From assembly GCA_963796955.1 (NCBI GenBank), contig CAWCNJ010000008.1:256001-320000 (forward strand): a stretch of 64,000 nucleotides of DNA. Reading direction: 5' to 3'. This DNA comes from Endomicrobiales bacterium. Its GTDB lineage: Bacteria > Elusimicrobiota > Endomicrobiia > Endomicrobiales > JALOBY01. Under the pieces are notes generated by a model. The model was not told where the DNA came from. It did no database searches and saw only the letters and a list, made by a program, of their open reading frames with translations. Below, piece after piece: positions 9,046 to 21,037 of this stretch (its first letter is position 1; every line of letters starts with the position of its first letter). The position numbers and the translations under genes were made by a program.

Positions 9046-10023
9046 ATGAAAGTGCTTGTGACCGGTTCAAACGGATTCGTCGGAAGCCATATCGTTCAAT
9101 ACCTTGCCGGGCTCGGGCATGAGGTGACCTGCCTGGTCAGGGCTACCAGCGATTGCCGCTGGATCAATGGTCTGGACGTATCATGTGTGACCGGCGACAT
9201 AGAGGATCCGCGAACCTTACAGGACGCGGTCCGCGCTGTGGATGTGATCGTGCATGCGGCAGCCCTGGTACGGGCAAACACACCCGAAGAATATTTCGCC
9301 GTTAACGCGGCCGGGACCCGGAATCTCGCCCGGGCGGTATTACAGAACAATCCTTCTCTTAAACAATTCATTTTGATATCATCCCAGGCCGCGATGGGGC
9401 CGAGCCCCGCGCTGCGGCCAAAACTGATCAGCGAGACCAACACACCCGTATCGGATTATGGCCGAAGCAAACTGGCGGGTGAGCTGGAGCTTATCAGAAC
9501 GCTGGAGGGCACCGTGCCTTACACCATACTACGCCCTACCAGTGTCTACGGGCCGCGCGATAAGGATATCCTGATCTTTTTCCAGTTGATAAATCTGGGA
9601 TTAAGACCAAAAACAAGCGATCAACGGTTCATTCAGCTGCTATATGTAGATGATATACCCGTAGCGGTGGAACGCGCCATGAGCCTGCCGGCGGCACGGA
9701 ATAAGATATATTGTCTGGGTGAGCCGGCCTGGCGCACCTGGCCGCACCTGGGCGAAGTGATGGCGATAGCGAACGACCTGAACACCCGCAGCATTCCGGT
9801 GCCGGACTGGGCTTTCACCGCGACCTCATTTGTCGCCGAGACCATAGCCCGGATATCCGGCAAGCCGGCCGTACTTAACCGGCAGAAGATCGAGGAAATG
9901 AGACAGCGTTTCTGGATAGCGGATGTCACCGCTGCCGTCAGCGAGTTGGGGATGGACTTTACAAATCTCTCCAGAGGTGCTAAAATCACGTATCAGTGGT
10001 ATAAAGAAAACAAGTGGCTGTAA
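9046..10023 (+). CDS. NAD-dependent epimerase/dehydratase (extended SDR); candidate ceramide/3-ketosphinganine reductase
   Basis: TGSNGFVG Rossmann motif, YGRSK catalytic motif, LRPTSVYGPRD; adjacent to SPT. Confidence 0.85.
   Translation: MKVLVTGSNGFVGSHIVQYLAGLGHEVTCLVRATSDCRWINGLDVSCVTGDIEDPRTLQDAVRAVDVIVHAAALVRANTPEEYFAVNAAGTRNLARAVLQNNPSLKQFILISSQAAMGPSPALRPKLISETNTPVSDYGRSKLAGELELIRTLEGTVPYTILRPTSVYGPRDKDILIFFQLINLGLRPKTSDQRFIQLLYVDDIPVAVERAMSLPAARNKIYCLGEPAWRTWPHLGEVMAIANDLNTRSIPVPDWAFTATSFVAETIARISGKPAVLNRQKIEEMRQRFWIADVTAAVSELGMDFTNLSRGAKITYQWYKENKWL
9958..9986 (+). promoter_or_regulatory. putative sigma70 promoter for spt, inside the 3' end of the epimerase gene
   Basis: TTTACA (9958-9963), 17-nt spacer, TAAAAT (9981-9986) with an extended TG. 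Confidence 0.45.
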
Positions 10024-10057
10024 TTACATACTTATTTGTGTTTTGCAAAGGGGAGAA

Positions 10058-11362
10058 ATGCAGACAGATATTTTCAGTAAATGTGTAAAATTCAATACCG
10101 CTCACGAAATAATGGCCGCGGGGCTCTACCCGTACTTCCACCAGACCGAGTCCGGCCAGGGACCCGAGATAATTATCGACGGAAAATCCAGGGTTGTGTG
10201 TTGTTCTAACAATTACCTTGGGCTGGCGAACAATCCCAAAGTCAAAGAAGCATCACGCAGGGCTATTGAAAAATACGGCACCTCCTGCACCGGCTCGCGA
10301 TTCCTGAACGGGACGATAGACCTGCACATTAAGGTCGAACAGCGTTTCGCCAGCTTTGTCGGCAAAGAATCCGCGATCCTTTTTACGACCGGCCACCATG
10401 CGAACCTCGGCGCCATTTCCACCCTCGTAGGCAAGAATGATATAGTGCTTACGGACAAACTGGACCATGCCTCTATCATCGACGGTTGTCATTTAGCCCA
10501 TGGCGAAATGGTCCGCTACCGTCATAACGACATGGACGACCTTAAACGTCTGCTTGAGAAACATTGCGAAGCGGCAAAACTTATCGTTGTGGACGGTGTA
10601 TTCAGCATGGAAGGCGATATCTGCGACCTGCCTGAAATAGTTAAACTTGCCCGCACCTATGGCGCCAGGATCATGGTGGATGAGGCCCATTCGTTAGGAG
10701 TTCTGGGGGCCTCGGGCAGAGGCACCGGAGAACACTTCGGGCTCCAGCATGAAGTTGATGTGGTCATGGCCACCGCTTCGAAATCCCTGGCCTCCATCGG
10801 CGGCTTCATCGCAAGCCGCGAAGAAGTGATACACTACGTTAAACATCTTTCCAGATCATTGATATTTACCGCCTCCCTGCCGCCCGCGAACGTGGCGGCT
10901 ATCGACGCTGCCCTTGAGGTGATGGAAACCGATAAAACATTAAAAAAACGGTTGTGGCATAATGCGAATAAAATGAAGGAAGGATTCCAGTCGCTGGGCT
11001 TTAACACCGGCTCTTCCGTTACCCCGATCATCCCGATCACCGTGGGCGACGATATGAAGGCCTTCCAGATGTGGCGGATGCTGTTCGATGAGGGCGTGTT
11101 CTGTTCTCCCGTCGTGAGCCCCGCCGTGCCGGAAGGACACGCGATAATCCGCACCAGTTATATGGCCTCGCACACCGACGAACAGCTTGATTACGTGCTG
11201 GACCGGTTCGAGAAAGTAGGCAAGCACCTGGGGATAATCCCGGGCGGCACGCGCCGGCCCAAAGCTGAAACTAAACAGGCGCGTTTCACATTTTCCAAAG
11301 AACAAATGGCGGCTGCGACCAAGAACTGGCTGAAAAATCTATGGCCCCTGAACGGCAGGTAA
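10058..11362 (+). CDS. spt: serine palmitoyltransferase-like PLP enzyme (alpha-oxoamine synthase family)
   Basis: GLYPYF, SNNYLGL, KYGTSCTGSRFLNGT.DLH, DHASIIDG, DGVFSMEGD, VDEAH, SKSLAS. YPYF and GSRFLNGT resemble bacterial SPT more than BioF/Kbl. ATG 10058 follows a GGGAG RBS. Confidence 0.75.
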   Translation: MQTDIFSKCVKFNTAHEIMAAGLYPYFHQTESGQGPEIIIDGKSRVVCCSNNYLGLANNPKVKEASRRAIEKYGTSCTGSRFLNGTIDLHIKVEQRFASFVGKESAILFTTGHHANLGAISTLVGKNDIVLTDKLDHASIIDGCHLAHGEMVRYRHNDMDDLKRLLEKHCEAAKLIVVDGVFSMEGDICDLPEIVKLARTYGARIMVDEAHSLGVLGASGRGTGEHFGLQHEVDVVMATASKSLASIGGFIASREEVIHYVKHLSRSLIFTASLPPANVAAIDAALEVMETDKTLKKRLWHNANKMKEGFQSLGFNTGSSVTPIIPITVGDDMKAFQMWRMLFDEGVFCSPVVSPAVPEGHAIIRTSYMASHTDEQLDYVLDRFEKVGKHLGIIPGGTRRPKAETKQARFTFSKEQMAAATKNWLKNLWPLNGR

Positions 11363-11364
11363 CA

Positions 11365-12477
11365 ATGAAATTCATAACGGTACAAACAAAAGCCGAATTA
11401 CACGATTTCATCACGTTCCCCTGGAAGATATACGCGGGTGACCCGCTGTGGGTACCGCAGCTGATAGAGGATTACGTATTTACCATGACGGAGCAGAACC
11501 CTTTCTGGGAACACGCCGAGAAAGAATTCTATATCTGTTACAACGATAAAGGTGAGCCGGTGGGCCGCATAGCCGCGATCATAGACCATAATTACATTAA
11601 GTTCCAGGATGAGAGCTGCGGTTTTTTCGGCTTCTTTGAATGCATAAACAACGTTTCGGTCGCAAAGGCTTTACTGGACAAAGTGCGCAACTGGCTGCAC
11701 CTTAAGGGCGTAAAACTGATGCGCGGCCCGATGAACCCTTCTACGAACGATGAGTGCGGTTTTCTCTGCGAAGGCTTTGATTCCGCACCCCGGCTTATGA
11801 TGCCGTACAATCCGCCGTATTATCTTTCGCTGATGGAGCAGGCCGGGCTGAACAAAGCGAAGGAACTCTACGCCTACGATATGGATGTGACGGAAGGGCC
11901 CATCAAGCGTCTGGAACGCCTTGCCGAGATCGCAAGGAAAAAGCTTCCGGGCCTCACGGTACGGCCGTTCAAACTTTCGGACTTCAAGAATGAAATATAC
12001 AAGGCGGTAAAAGTTTACAACGCCGCCTGGGAAAAGAACTGGGGCTTTGTGCCCTGGACGGAAAAAGAATTCTATACGATCGCCAATAAGTTAAAGGACC
12101 TGCTGTTGCTGGAAACAACGCTGTTGGCCGAGATCAACGGCGAACCGGTGGGAATGCTTATCGCGGTACCGGATTACAATCTGGTGATGCAGAAGATGAA
12201 TGGCAGACTCTGGCCCTTCGGCATCTTCAAGTTCCTCTGGTATAGAAGGAAGATCAAGGCTTTGCGCCTGATGATCATGGGTGTGGTCAAGGACTTCCGC
12301 CAGAAGGGGATAGAAGGCGTTATGTACTACGAATCGCTGAAAAGCTCGCAAAAACTCGGCTATACCAAGTGCGAGTTTTCCTGGATACTGGATGACAATG
12401 TGCTTACACAACGGGCCGCGGAAATGATGGGCGGTAAGTTGTATAAGAAATACAGGATATATGAAACAAACGTTTAA
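11365..12477 (+). CDS. tandem-GNAT acyltransferase, bacterial ceramide synthase (bCerS/YghO)-like
   Basis: FPWKIY..DP.WVP, GRIAA, GFFGFFEC, RGPMNPSTNDECG.L.EGF, MPYNPPYY, WEKNWGFVP, SWILDDN. Confidence 0.75.
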   Translation: MKFITVQTKAELHDFITFPWKIYAGDPLWVPQLIEDYVFTMTEQNPFWEHAEKEFYICYNDKGEPVGRIAAIIDHNYIKFQDESCGFFGFFECINNVSVAKALLDKVRNWLHLKGVKLMRGPMNPSTNDECGFLCEGFDSAPRLMMPYNPPYYLSLMEQAGLNKAKELYAYDMDVTEGPIKRLERLAEIARKKLPGLTVRPFKLSDFKNEIYKAVKVYNAAWEKNWGFVPWTEKEFYTIANKLKDLLLLETTLLAEINGEPVGMLIAVPDYNLVMQKMNGRLWPFGIFKFLWYRRKIKALRLMIMGVVKDFRQKGIEGVMYYESLKSSQKLGYTKCEFSWILDDNVLTQRAAEMMGGKLYKKYRIYETNV

Positions 12478-12512
12478 CCGGTTCCGGTGACACGTACTTT
12501 AAGGAGGGGAAT

Positions 12513-12950
12513 ATGGCAGTAGCTAAGAAAGCAGCAGCTAAGAAAGCGGCGCCTAAAAAGGTAAAGAAGCAGGCGGTCCCGCAGGAAACAGCGTGTATCG
12601 CGGAGGTAATGCCAAAAGCTCCTGCGCGCGTTCGAGCCTCAAAGCCTAAGACAACGGAAGCAGCGGCCAATACAAATGAACCGGTCGTATATGTCGTTAT
12701 AGACCATCCCGTCAACAATGAGCTACTGGTCCCGGGCCATTACGCTATCCGTATCGGCGCAAGCTGGGGCGGTATCGTGGAATTCCAGATCAATGACGCC
12801 GATTGGATACCCTGCCGCCATAACGCGGGCTATTGGTGGTTTGACTGGCACAACATACCGGCCGGTAAACACAAACTCGCGGCACGGCTTGTCGATAACA
12901 ACGGCACGGTGCTGAAAAAAAGCGCGATACGCCGCGTAGAAGTCAAGTAA
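12513..12950 (+). CDS. hypothetical protein: Lys/Ala-rich N-terminus plus Ig-like beta domain
   Basis: Strong AGGAGG RBS; KKAAAKKAAPKKVKK start; C-terminal IDHP...WWFDW...GKHKL.AR beta pattern. Confidence 0.7.
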   Translation: MAVAKKAAAKKAAPKKVKKQAVPQETACIAEVMPKAPARVRASKPKTTEAAANTNEPVVYVVIDHPVNNELLVPGHYAIRIGASWGGIVEFQINDADWIPCRHNAGYWWFDWHNIPAGKHKLAARLVDNNGTVLKKSAIRRVEVK

Positions 12951-13138
12951 TGGGGACAGCGCAGCAAACGGACGAAAGAGATCCCGATCATACACGCGGG
13001 CTGCTGGCGGCCGCGATCACTCTAGCAGCTCTCGCGCTGGTGGCTGTCATTGCTGTTTCCCGGACAAAAAAGCGCAGGCCTCTTAAGATCGCCGACGTAA
13101 GAGCAGCGTACGAAGGCCTTTCGCCCGAAGAGTTTTAG
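12950..13138 (+). CDS. small single-pass membrane protein
   Basis: TAATG coupling with the upstream gene; one hydrophobic helix followed by a basic stretch. Confidence 0.55.
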   Translation: MGTAQQTDERDPDHTRGLLAAAITLAALALVAVIAVSRTKKRRPLKIADVRAAYEGLSPEEF

Positions 13139-13172
13139 AAGCAAACAGCTGTTTGCCAAGGAGTTTCATAGT

Positions 13173-13604
13173 ATGGGTTCCCGAAGACACGCGCGAGAGA
13201 TCGCATTGCAGATGCTGTACCTGTGCGACAATTGCCGCTGTACTCCCACCGACGCTCGTAATTCGATCCTCAACGGGTTAGGCTCACTGCCGCAGGCCGT
13301 CAGGTCGTTCTCCCTGCAGCTTTTTGACGGCATCGCCGGCAAGAAGGAAGAACTCGACGCTATCATAGAGCAGAGCGCCGAGAACTGGGAAATGAACCGC
13401 ATGGCCTGTATTGACCGCAACATATTACGTCTCGCGGCCTTCGAGATCACGGACATGAAGGATACCCCCATCAACGTGATCATCAACGAAGCGGTTGAGA
13501 TCGCCAAGCGCTTCTCGACGGATGACTCGGGAAAATTTGTCAACGGTATTCTTGACAACATGAAAACAGCCCGCAAGAACGCGCCTCTTTTGAAAAAGAG
13601 CTGA
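13173..13604 (+). CDS. nusB: transcription antitermination factor NusB
   Basis: RRHAREIALQMLY, IDRNILRLA, INEAVEIAKRF, FVNGILD. Confidence 0.96.
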   Translation: MGSRRHAREIALQMLYLCDNCRCTPTDARNSILNGLGSLPQAVRSFSLQLFDGIAGKKEELDAIIEQSAENWEMNRMACIDRNILRLAAFEITDMKDTPINVIINEAVEIAKRFSTDDSGKFVNGILDNMKTARKNAPLLKKS

Positions 13605-15620
<2,016 letters not shown>

Positions 15621-15623
15621 CCG

Positions 15624-16292
15624 GTGCTGATATTAAAAACCTCAAAACAGCGTTTCAAAAAGAATTTCTACACCGTTCTGCTGGAAGACGGCAGGCGTAT
15701 TTCCTGTTCTGATGATATTATGGTAAAATATGGCATCAGTCCGGGCGTTGACCTTGACGACAATACGCTCTCATTATTCATCATGGAGGCGCAGCGTTCG
15801 CAGGCGATGGACGGCGCTTTGCGGCTGCTGAGCCTGCAAGCACGGAGCCGGAAAGAACTTGCGGACAAGCTTAAGGCTAAAAAATATGATCCGGCTGTGA
15901 TAGAAGCCGTCCTGAAACGCATCGCGGAACTCGGCTATCTGAATGATGATACCTACGCGCGTAACCGCGTTTCCGCGCTTATTGCCCAGGGTAAAGGGCC
16001 GGCGCTGATAACATTCGATCTGCGAAGAAAAGGAATAGCATCTGCTGTTGTGAACGACCTTCTTGCAGAAGCCTCGCGACAACCCGGGCAGGATCCGCTG
16101 TACCGGGTGCGCGATGCTGCAAAGAAATATTTACGGCGTCTGAAAGAAGAAGACCCGCGCGTGATCGCCAGAAAGCTGACCGGTTTCCTGGCCCGGCGCG
16201 GTTTTGAAATAGAAGATGTAAGAAAGATCCTTCGCGAACTTCGAACGGACCAAAGCGATGATGATGATACCGGAGCCCAACATGACCAGTAA
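15624..16292 (+). CDS. recX: regulatory protein RecX
   Basis: ALRLLS...RS.KEL..KL, GYLNDD.YA, KGP..I..DLRRKGI, FLARRGF. Confidence 0.88.
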   Translation: MLILKTSKQRFKKNFYTVLLEDGRRISCSDDIMVKYGISPGVDLDDNTLSLFIMEAQRSQAMDGALRLLSLQARSRKELADKLKAKKYDPAVIEAVLKRIAELGYLNDDTYARNRVSALIAQGKGPALITFDLRRKGIASAVVNDLLAEASRQPGQDPLYRVRDAAKKYLRRLKEEDPRVIARKLTGFLARRGFEIEDVRKILRELRTDQSDDDDTGAQHDQ

Positions 16293-17139
16293 AGACATTT
16301 CCCTTAGATCAGAAAGGTCCTTAAAAGTACTTTCTATCATAGCCTCAGTCTTAACGATCTTGATCGTCGGGTATGTTGATTACATCACCGGCGAAGAGAT
16401 ATCACTGGCGCTGTTTTACCTTATACCGATATCCGCCGCCACCTGGCTGCTGACACGCTGGGTTGGGATCACTCTTGCGTTGCTGTCTGCCGCTCTGGAA
16501 CTGTTCATTCATTACCTGGCCCAGCCGGACTCGATACAGACCTTCCATATCCTGAACTCGGCAGGCGACCTGTTCTTTTTCTCGTTCTTTGTTATCATAC
16601 TTTCAATACTAAAAAAACAGTACTACCACGAAAAAAAAGCAGCGGGCACCGACCCCCTTACCCGCGTCATGAACCTGCGGGCATTCAACACCTTCTCTAC
16701 CAGCGAGATAGAGCGGTCATACCGCTACAAACACGTCTTTTCAGTCGCCTATATGGACATAGATAATTTCAAGGAAGTCAACGACACCTTCGGGCACGCG
16801 GTGGGCGACGACGTGCTGAAAGTGGTCGCGATCACCATGCAGGAGTTTGTGCGTTCCACCGATGTCGTGGCGCGTGTGGGGGGCGATGAGTTCGTTATCT
16901 TCCTGCCGGAAACCGACGCTGATGCCGCTAAAACCGTTATGAATAAGATCCATGACATACTTAACCGGGTCATGAAACGCAATGAGTGGCCGGTAACCTT
17001 CAGCATCGGCGCTATAACGTTCCTTGACGCGCCGCGGGATTTCGATGAGATGATGAAGAAGACCGACCACCTGATGTACGACGCGAAAAAAGAAGGCAAG
17101 AATATGCTTAAACACGAGACCTACAAGTCACAGTGGTAA
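16282..17139 (+). CDS. membrane-bound diguanylate cyclase (GGDEF)
   Basis: Four TM helices, DPLT, DIDNFKEVNDTFGH..GD, RSTD I-site, GGDEF. ATG 16282 follows GGAG. Confidence 0.92.
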   Translation: MTSKDISLRSERSLKVLSIIASVLTILIVGYVDYITGEEISLALFYLIPISAATWLLTRWVGITLALLSAALELFIHYLAQPDSIQTFHILNSAGDLFFFSFFVIILSILKKQYYHEKKAAGTDPLTRVMNLRAFNTFSTSEIERSYRYKHVFSVAYMDIDNFKEVNDTFGHAVGDDVLKVVAITMQEFVRSTDVVARVGGDEFVIFLPETDADAAKTVMNKIHDILNRVMKRNEWPVTFSIGAITFLDAPRDFDEMMKKTDHLMYDAKKEGKNMLKHETYKSQW

Positions 17140-17164
17140 ATATCCTGAACAAAAGGACCGACCG

Positions 17165-18730
17165 ATGGCCATCACCAGCGCGCTGCTGAGCGTATCAGAC
17201 AAGACGGGGATCGTTGACTTCGCGAAAGGGCTTCACGAGCTTGGTATAACTATTATATCCAGCGGGGGAACGGCAAAGACCCTTAAAGAAAACGGCATTC
17301 CCTGTAAAGAGGTCTCGGATGTTACGGGATTTCCTGAGATACTGGACGGGCGTGTTAAAACGCTACAGCCCAAGATCCACGGCGGCATCCTGGCCATACG
17401 GGAAAAACAGTCTCATCAGGACGACCTTAAAAAACACGGCATCACGCCGATCGATATAGTGGTCGTGAACCTGTATCCTTTTGAAGCTACCTCGGCAAAA
17501 TATCCAAAAACAGCGTCGGGCACCGTTCCCCAGCAGATCGTCGAAGATATAGATATCGGCGGCGTGGCGCTGCTGCGTGCCTCTGCAAAGAACTTTAATG
17601 ATGTGCTGGTATTGTGTGAAAACAGCGACTACGCCGGCGTGCTTGCGGCTGTTAAGACCGGCACAGTAAGTTATTCGCTCAGAAAAGAACTCGCGGCAAA
17701 AGCCTTCCGTCATACCGCCTATTACGACTCGCTGATATCCGGTTATTTTACTGATCAGCCCTTTTCGGAGAAGATATCGCTGGGGCTTACAAGGATAGCG
17801 GGACTGCGTTACGGCGAGAACCCGCATCAGTCGGCATCGCTGTACGCGCTTGGCACGGATACGACCGGCGCCGGTATCGTGAGCGCGAAACAACACCAGG
17901 GCAAAGAGCTTTCCTACAATAATTATCTTGATATGGATTCCGCCTGGAAGCTGGTGAACGAATTTGAAAAGCCGGCCTGCGCGATAATAAAACACAACAA
18001 CCCCTGCGGCTGCGCTGAAGACGCCGATATCAAAGCCGCCTATTTGAAAGCCTATATCTGCGACACCACCAGCGCCTTCGGCGGCGTGGTCGCCTTCAAC
18101 AAACCCGTCGGGGAAGACACCGCCCTTGAGGTGACCAAGATATTTACCGAGTGCATTATCGCGCCGGCCTATACCGACGAAGCGATGAAAATATTCGCTG
18201 CAAAAAAGAACCTGCGTATATTGACCCTGCCGGTGAGGCCGACGACGCTGCCGCATCTGAACGCGGAATTCAGGCAGGTTTCCGGCGGTATGCTGGTACA
18301 GAACAAGGACAACGCTGTTTTCCAGGAAACAAAACCCGTCACAAGGCGCACGCCGTCGGCGGAGGAACTTGCTTCCCTGACGTTTGCGATGAAGGTGTGC
18401 AAACATGTTAAATCGAACGCGATCGTGCTGGTTAAAGGTAAGCAGGCGGTGGGCATAGGGGCCGGCCAGATGAGCCGGATCGATTCCCTGCAGATAGCCG
18501 CGCACAAAATGTCCCTGGTCCCTGCGGAACTGCAACCCCAGGACAAGCCGCTGGTCATGGCTTCCGACGCATTCTTCCCGTTCAACGATGTCGTACTGGA
18601 ATCGGCTAAAGCCGGTATCAAGGCGATCATCCAGCCCGGCGGCTCCATAAACGACGACAAATCCATAACTGCTGCCGATGCTAACGGCATGGCGATGGTC
18701 ATGACGGGAATGCGCCATTTCAGGCATTGA
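17165..18730 (+). CDS. purH: bifunctional AICAR transformylase/IMP cyclohydrolase
   Basis: ALLSVSDKTG, GRVKTL, IDIGG, LRYGENPHQ, KHNNPCG, SDAFFPF, RHFRH. Confidence 0.98.
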   Translation: MAITSALLSVSDKTGIVDFAKGLHELGITIISSGGTAKTLKENGIPCKEVSDVTGFPEILDGRVKTLQPKIHGGILAIREKQSHQDDLKKHGITPIDIVVVNLYPFEATSAKYPKTASGTVPQQIVEDIDIGGVALLRASAKNFNDVLVLCENSDYAGVLAAVKTGTVSYSLRKELAAKAFRHTAYYDSLISGYFTDQPFSEKISLGLTRIAGLRYGENPHQSASLYALGTDTTGAGIVSAKQHQGKELSYNNYLDMDSAWKLVNEFEKPACAIIKHNNPCGCAEDADIKAAYLKAYICDTTSAFGGVVAFNKPVGEDTALEVTKIFTECIIAPAYTDEAMKIFAAKKNLRILTLPVRPTTLPHLNAEFRQVSGGMLVQNKDNAVFQETKPVTRRTPSAEELASLTFAMKVCKHVKSNAIVLVKGKQAVGIGAGQMSRIDSLQIAAHKMSLVPAELQPQDKPLVMASDAFFPFNDVVLESAKAGIKAIIQPGGSINDDKSITAADANGMAMVMTGMRHFRH

Positions 18731-18749
18731 TAACCGCAACGGATACCAA

Positions 18750-19571
18750 TTGAAAAAACACATTTCGATCGCCGATCTCATGTCACTGAAGCCGGCGCTG
18801 CGCAAACACAATGTTAATACGGTCTGCGAAAGCGCCAGATGCCCGAATATCGGTGAGTGTTTCGCGAAGAAGCAGGCCACGTTCCTGATAGCGGGCACCA
18901 CGTGCACCCGGGGCTGCGCCTTTTGCGCGATCGAAGCCGGCCGCCCGGACGCGCTTGATGCCGCCGAACCCGCCAGGATAGCAACGATCGTCAAAGAACT
19001 TAAATTGTCATACGTTGTTATAACCTCGGTGACACGCGACGACCTGAGGGACGGCGCCGCGATGCATTTTTGCGAAACGGTGGCCGCCGTACGCGCAAAG
19101 AACCCCGGGGTTAAAATAGAGATACTGGTCCCGGATTTTCAAGGCAATTGGTTCGCCGCGCGTGATTCTTTCGCCTGCAAACCGGATGTGTACAGCCACA
19201 ACCTGGAAACCGTGCCGCGGCTGTATGAAGCCGCGCGGATCGGCGCAAGCTTTGAACGCTCACTTGACCTGCTGGACAGGGCGCACAGAGCCGGACTGCT
19301 CACAAAATCCGGTCTGATGCTGGGTCTTGGCGAAACGACGGAGGAAGTGCGCGAAACTATGAAGGCCCTGAGAGCGGCACATTGCGATATATTGACCCTC
19401 GGACAATACCTGGCTCCCGCTGATGGGAAATACCCCGTGCAACGTGAAGTGAGCGTTGCCGAGTTCGATTCGCTGAAAGCAGAAGCGCTCAGCCTTGGGT
19501 TTAAAGCCTGCGCCAGCGCGCCCTACGTGCGCAGTTCGTATCTTGCTGAAAGCTATCTTCCGGGAGATTAA
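18750..19571 (+). CDS. lipA: lipoyl synthase
   Basis: TVCESARCPNIGEC, CTRGCAFC, HNLETV, VRSSY; TTG start. Confidence 0.95.
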   Translation: MKKHISIADLMSLKPALRKHNVNTVCESARCPNIGECFAKKQATFLIAGTTCTRGCAFCAIEAGRPDALDAAEPARIATIVKELKLSYVVITSVTRDDLRDGAAMHFCETVAAVRAKNPGVKIEILVPDFQGNWFAARDSFACKPDVYSHNLETVPRLYEAARIGASFERSLDLLDRAHRAGLLTKSGLMLGLGETTEEVRETMKALRAAHCDILTLGQYLAPADGKYPVQREVSVAEFDSLKAEALSLGFKACASAPYVRSSYLAESYLPGD

Positions 19572-20984
19572 ATGCCATTACCGCGTTCTGACAAGTCGCA
19601 AACGCCCGCAAAACCGATGGAAGAACATTTCTATCGCATTATGGTGGAATCTTCCAGGGACATCATCTTCATTATCGGCAAGGATCACAAAGTCCAATAT
19701 GTTAACCCGTTCGCGGCGAAACAGCTGGGTTCAACGAAGGGAAAGCTTATCGGCAGACCGCTGCACGACCTGTTCCCGCCTGAAACGTACCTTTCGATGA
19801 AACCCAAGGTTGAAAAGGTGTTCCGCGAGGGCATCATGATATCGACGGAAGATAAAATGCCTTTCGCCTCCGGCACCCTGACCCTGGAAACGATACTGAT
19901 ACCTAACTTTGACGAAAAGGGAAAAACAACCTCCGTTATCGGAACATCCCGGAACGTGACCAGCCACCGCAAGGCCGAAGAAGCTCTGCTTGAAAGCGAG
20001 CGCAGATACAAGGAAATGTGGGACAACGCACCGGTCGCCTACCATACGCTCGACAAACACGGTATCATCACCCAGGTCAACCAGACGGAACTGCGCATTC
20101 TCGGCTATAAACGGGAAGAAATGATAGGCCATCCGATCTGGGATTTCGTGGCTCCCGAGCAACGCGATGAGGCCCGCCAGCGTTTCCTGCAGAAACTTTC
20201 AGGTGAAGAAACGCCCCGCACCTGCAACCGCATTTATTACCGTCGCGACGGCTCCAGTTTGTTCGTCGCTATCGATGATATGCTGGAATTGGATGAGAAG
20301 GGCAAGGTTACCGGTGTACGCACCACCATGGTGGATATCACCGAACGAAAAAAAGTCGAGGACGAGCTGCAGGCCTCGCTCGGCATGCTGAAAAAAACCA
20401 TTAATGACACCATCTTCGCGATGATAAAAATAGTAGAGACCCGCGACCCCTACACCGCCGGCCACCAGAAACGCGTCGCGGAGCTTGCCTGTCACATCGC
20501 CCGCGAGATGAAGCTGGAACCAGCGACGATAGAATCGATCGAGATAGCCTCGCTGATCCACGACATTGGCAAGATATACGTTCCCGCCGAGATATTGAGC
20601 AAACCCGGTAAATTATCGGATATCGAATACAGCCTGAATAAAACCCACGCGAAACTCAGCTACGACATACTTAAAACGATCGAATTTCCCTGGCCGATCG
20701 CCAGGATCGTGCTGCAGCACCACGAACGCCTGGACGGCACCGGCTATCCCTACGGCATATCCGGCAACGAGATACTTCAGGAAGCCCTGATCCTGGCAGT
20801 CGCCGACGTCGTAGAAGCCATGACCTCGCACCGCCCCTACCGCTCCTCACTCGGCCTTAAAACAGCCCTTAAAGAGATCAAGGATCAGCGCGGCCAGCAA
20901 TACGACCCAAAGGTCGTCGACGCCTGTATCCGCGTTTTCCGCAACAAAAAGATAAAGCTCGACGATTGGCAGAAAATGGCGTAG
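19572..20984 (+). CDS. PAS-PAS-HD-GYP c-di-GMP phosphodiesterase
   Basis: Two PAS/PAC domains; RDPYTAGHQ.RVA, HDIGK, HHERLDGTGYP, HRPYR. Confidence 0.93.
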   Translation: MPLPRSDKSQTPAKPMEEHFYRIMVESSRDIIFIIGKDHKVQYVNPFAAKQLGSTKGKLIGRPLHDLFPPETYLSMKPKVEKVFREGIMISTEDKMPFASGTLTLETILIPNFDEKGKTTSVIGTSRNVTSHRKAEEALLESERRYKEMWDNAPVAYHTLDKHGIITQVNQTELRILGYKREEMIGHPIWDFVAPEQRDEARQRFLQKLSGEETPRTCNRIYYRRDGSSLFVAIDDMLELDEKGKVTGVRTTMVDITERKKVEDELQASLGMLKKTINDTIFAMIKIVETRDPYTAGHQKRVAELACHIAREMKLEPATIESIEIASLIHDIGKIYVPAEILSKPGKLSDIEYSLNKTHAKLSYDILKTIEFPWPIARIVLQHHERLDGTGYPYGISGNEILQEALILAVADVVEAMTSHRPYRSSLGLKTALKEIKDQRGQQYDPKVVDACIRVFRNKKIKLDDWQKMA

Positions 20985-21000
20985 CAACACGGCTTAGACC

Positions 21001-21029
21001 TTCACAACAAAGGATAATTTTGGTAAAAT
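21001..21029 (+). promoter_or_regulatory. putative sigma70 promoter of alaS
   Basis: TTCACA (21001-21006), 17 nt, TAAAAT (21024-21029) with an extended TG. Confidence 0.5.
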
Positions 21030-21037
21030 CAATTATT

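Noticed and set aside
9923..10057. Extended N-termini in the ORF track (also 2058, 20966, 27331, 41762, 45278, 46075)
   Set aside because: Downstream ATGs fit the RBS, gene overlaps or family N-termini better.
17363..18994. 543-aa minus-strand ORF
   Set aside because: Antisense shadow of purH/lipA with no recognisable motifs.
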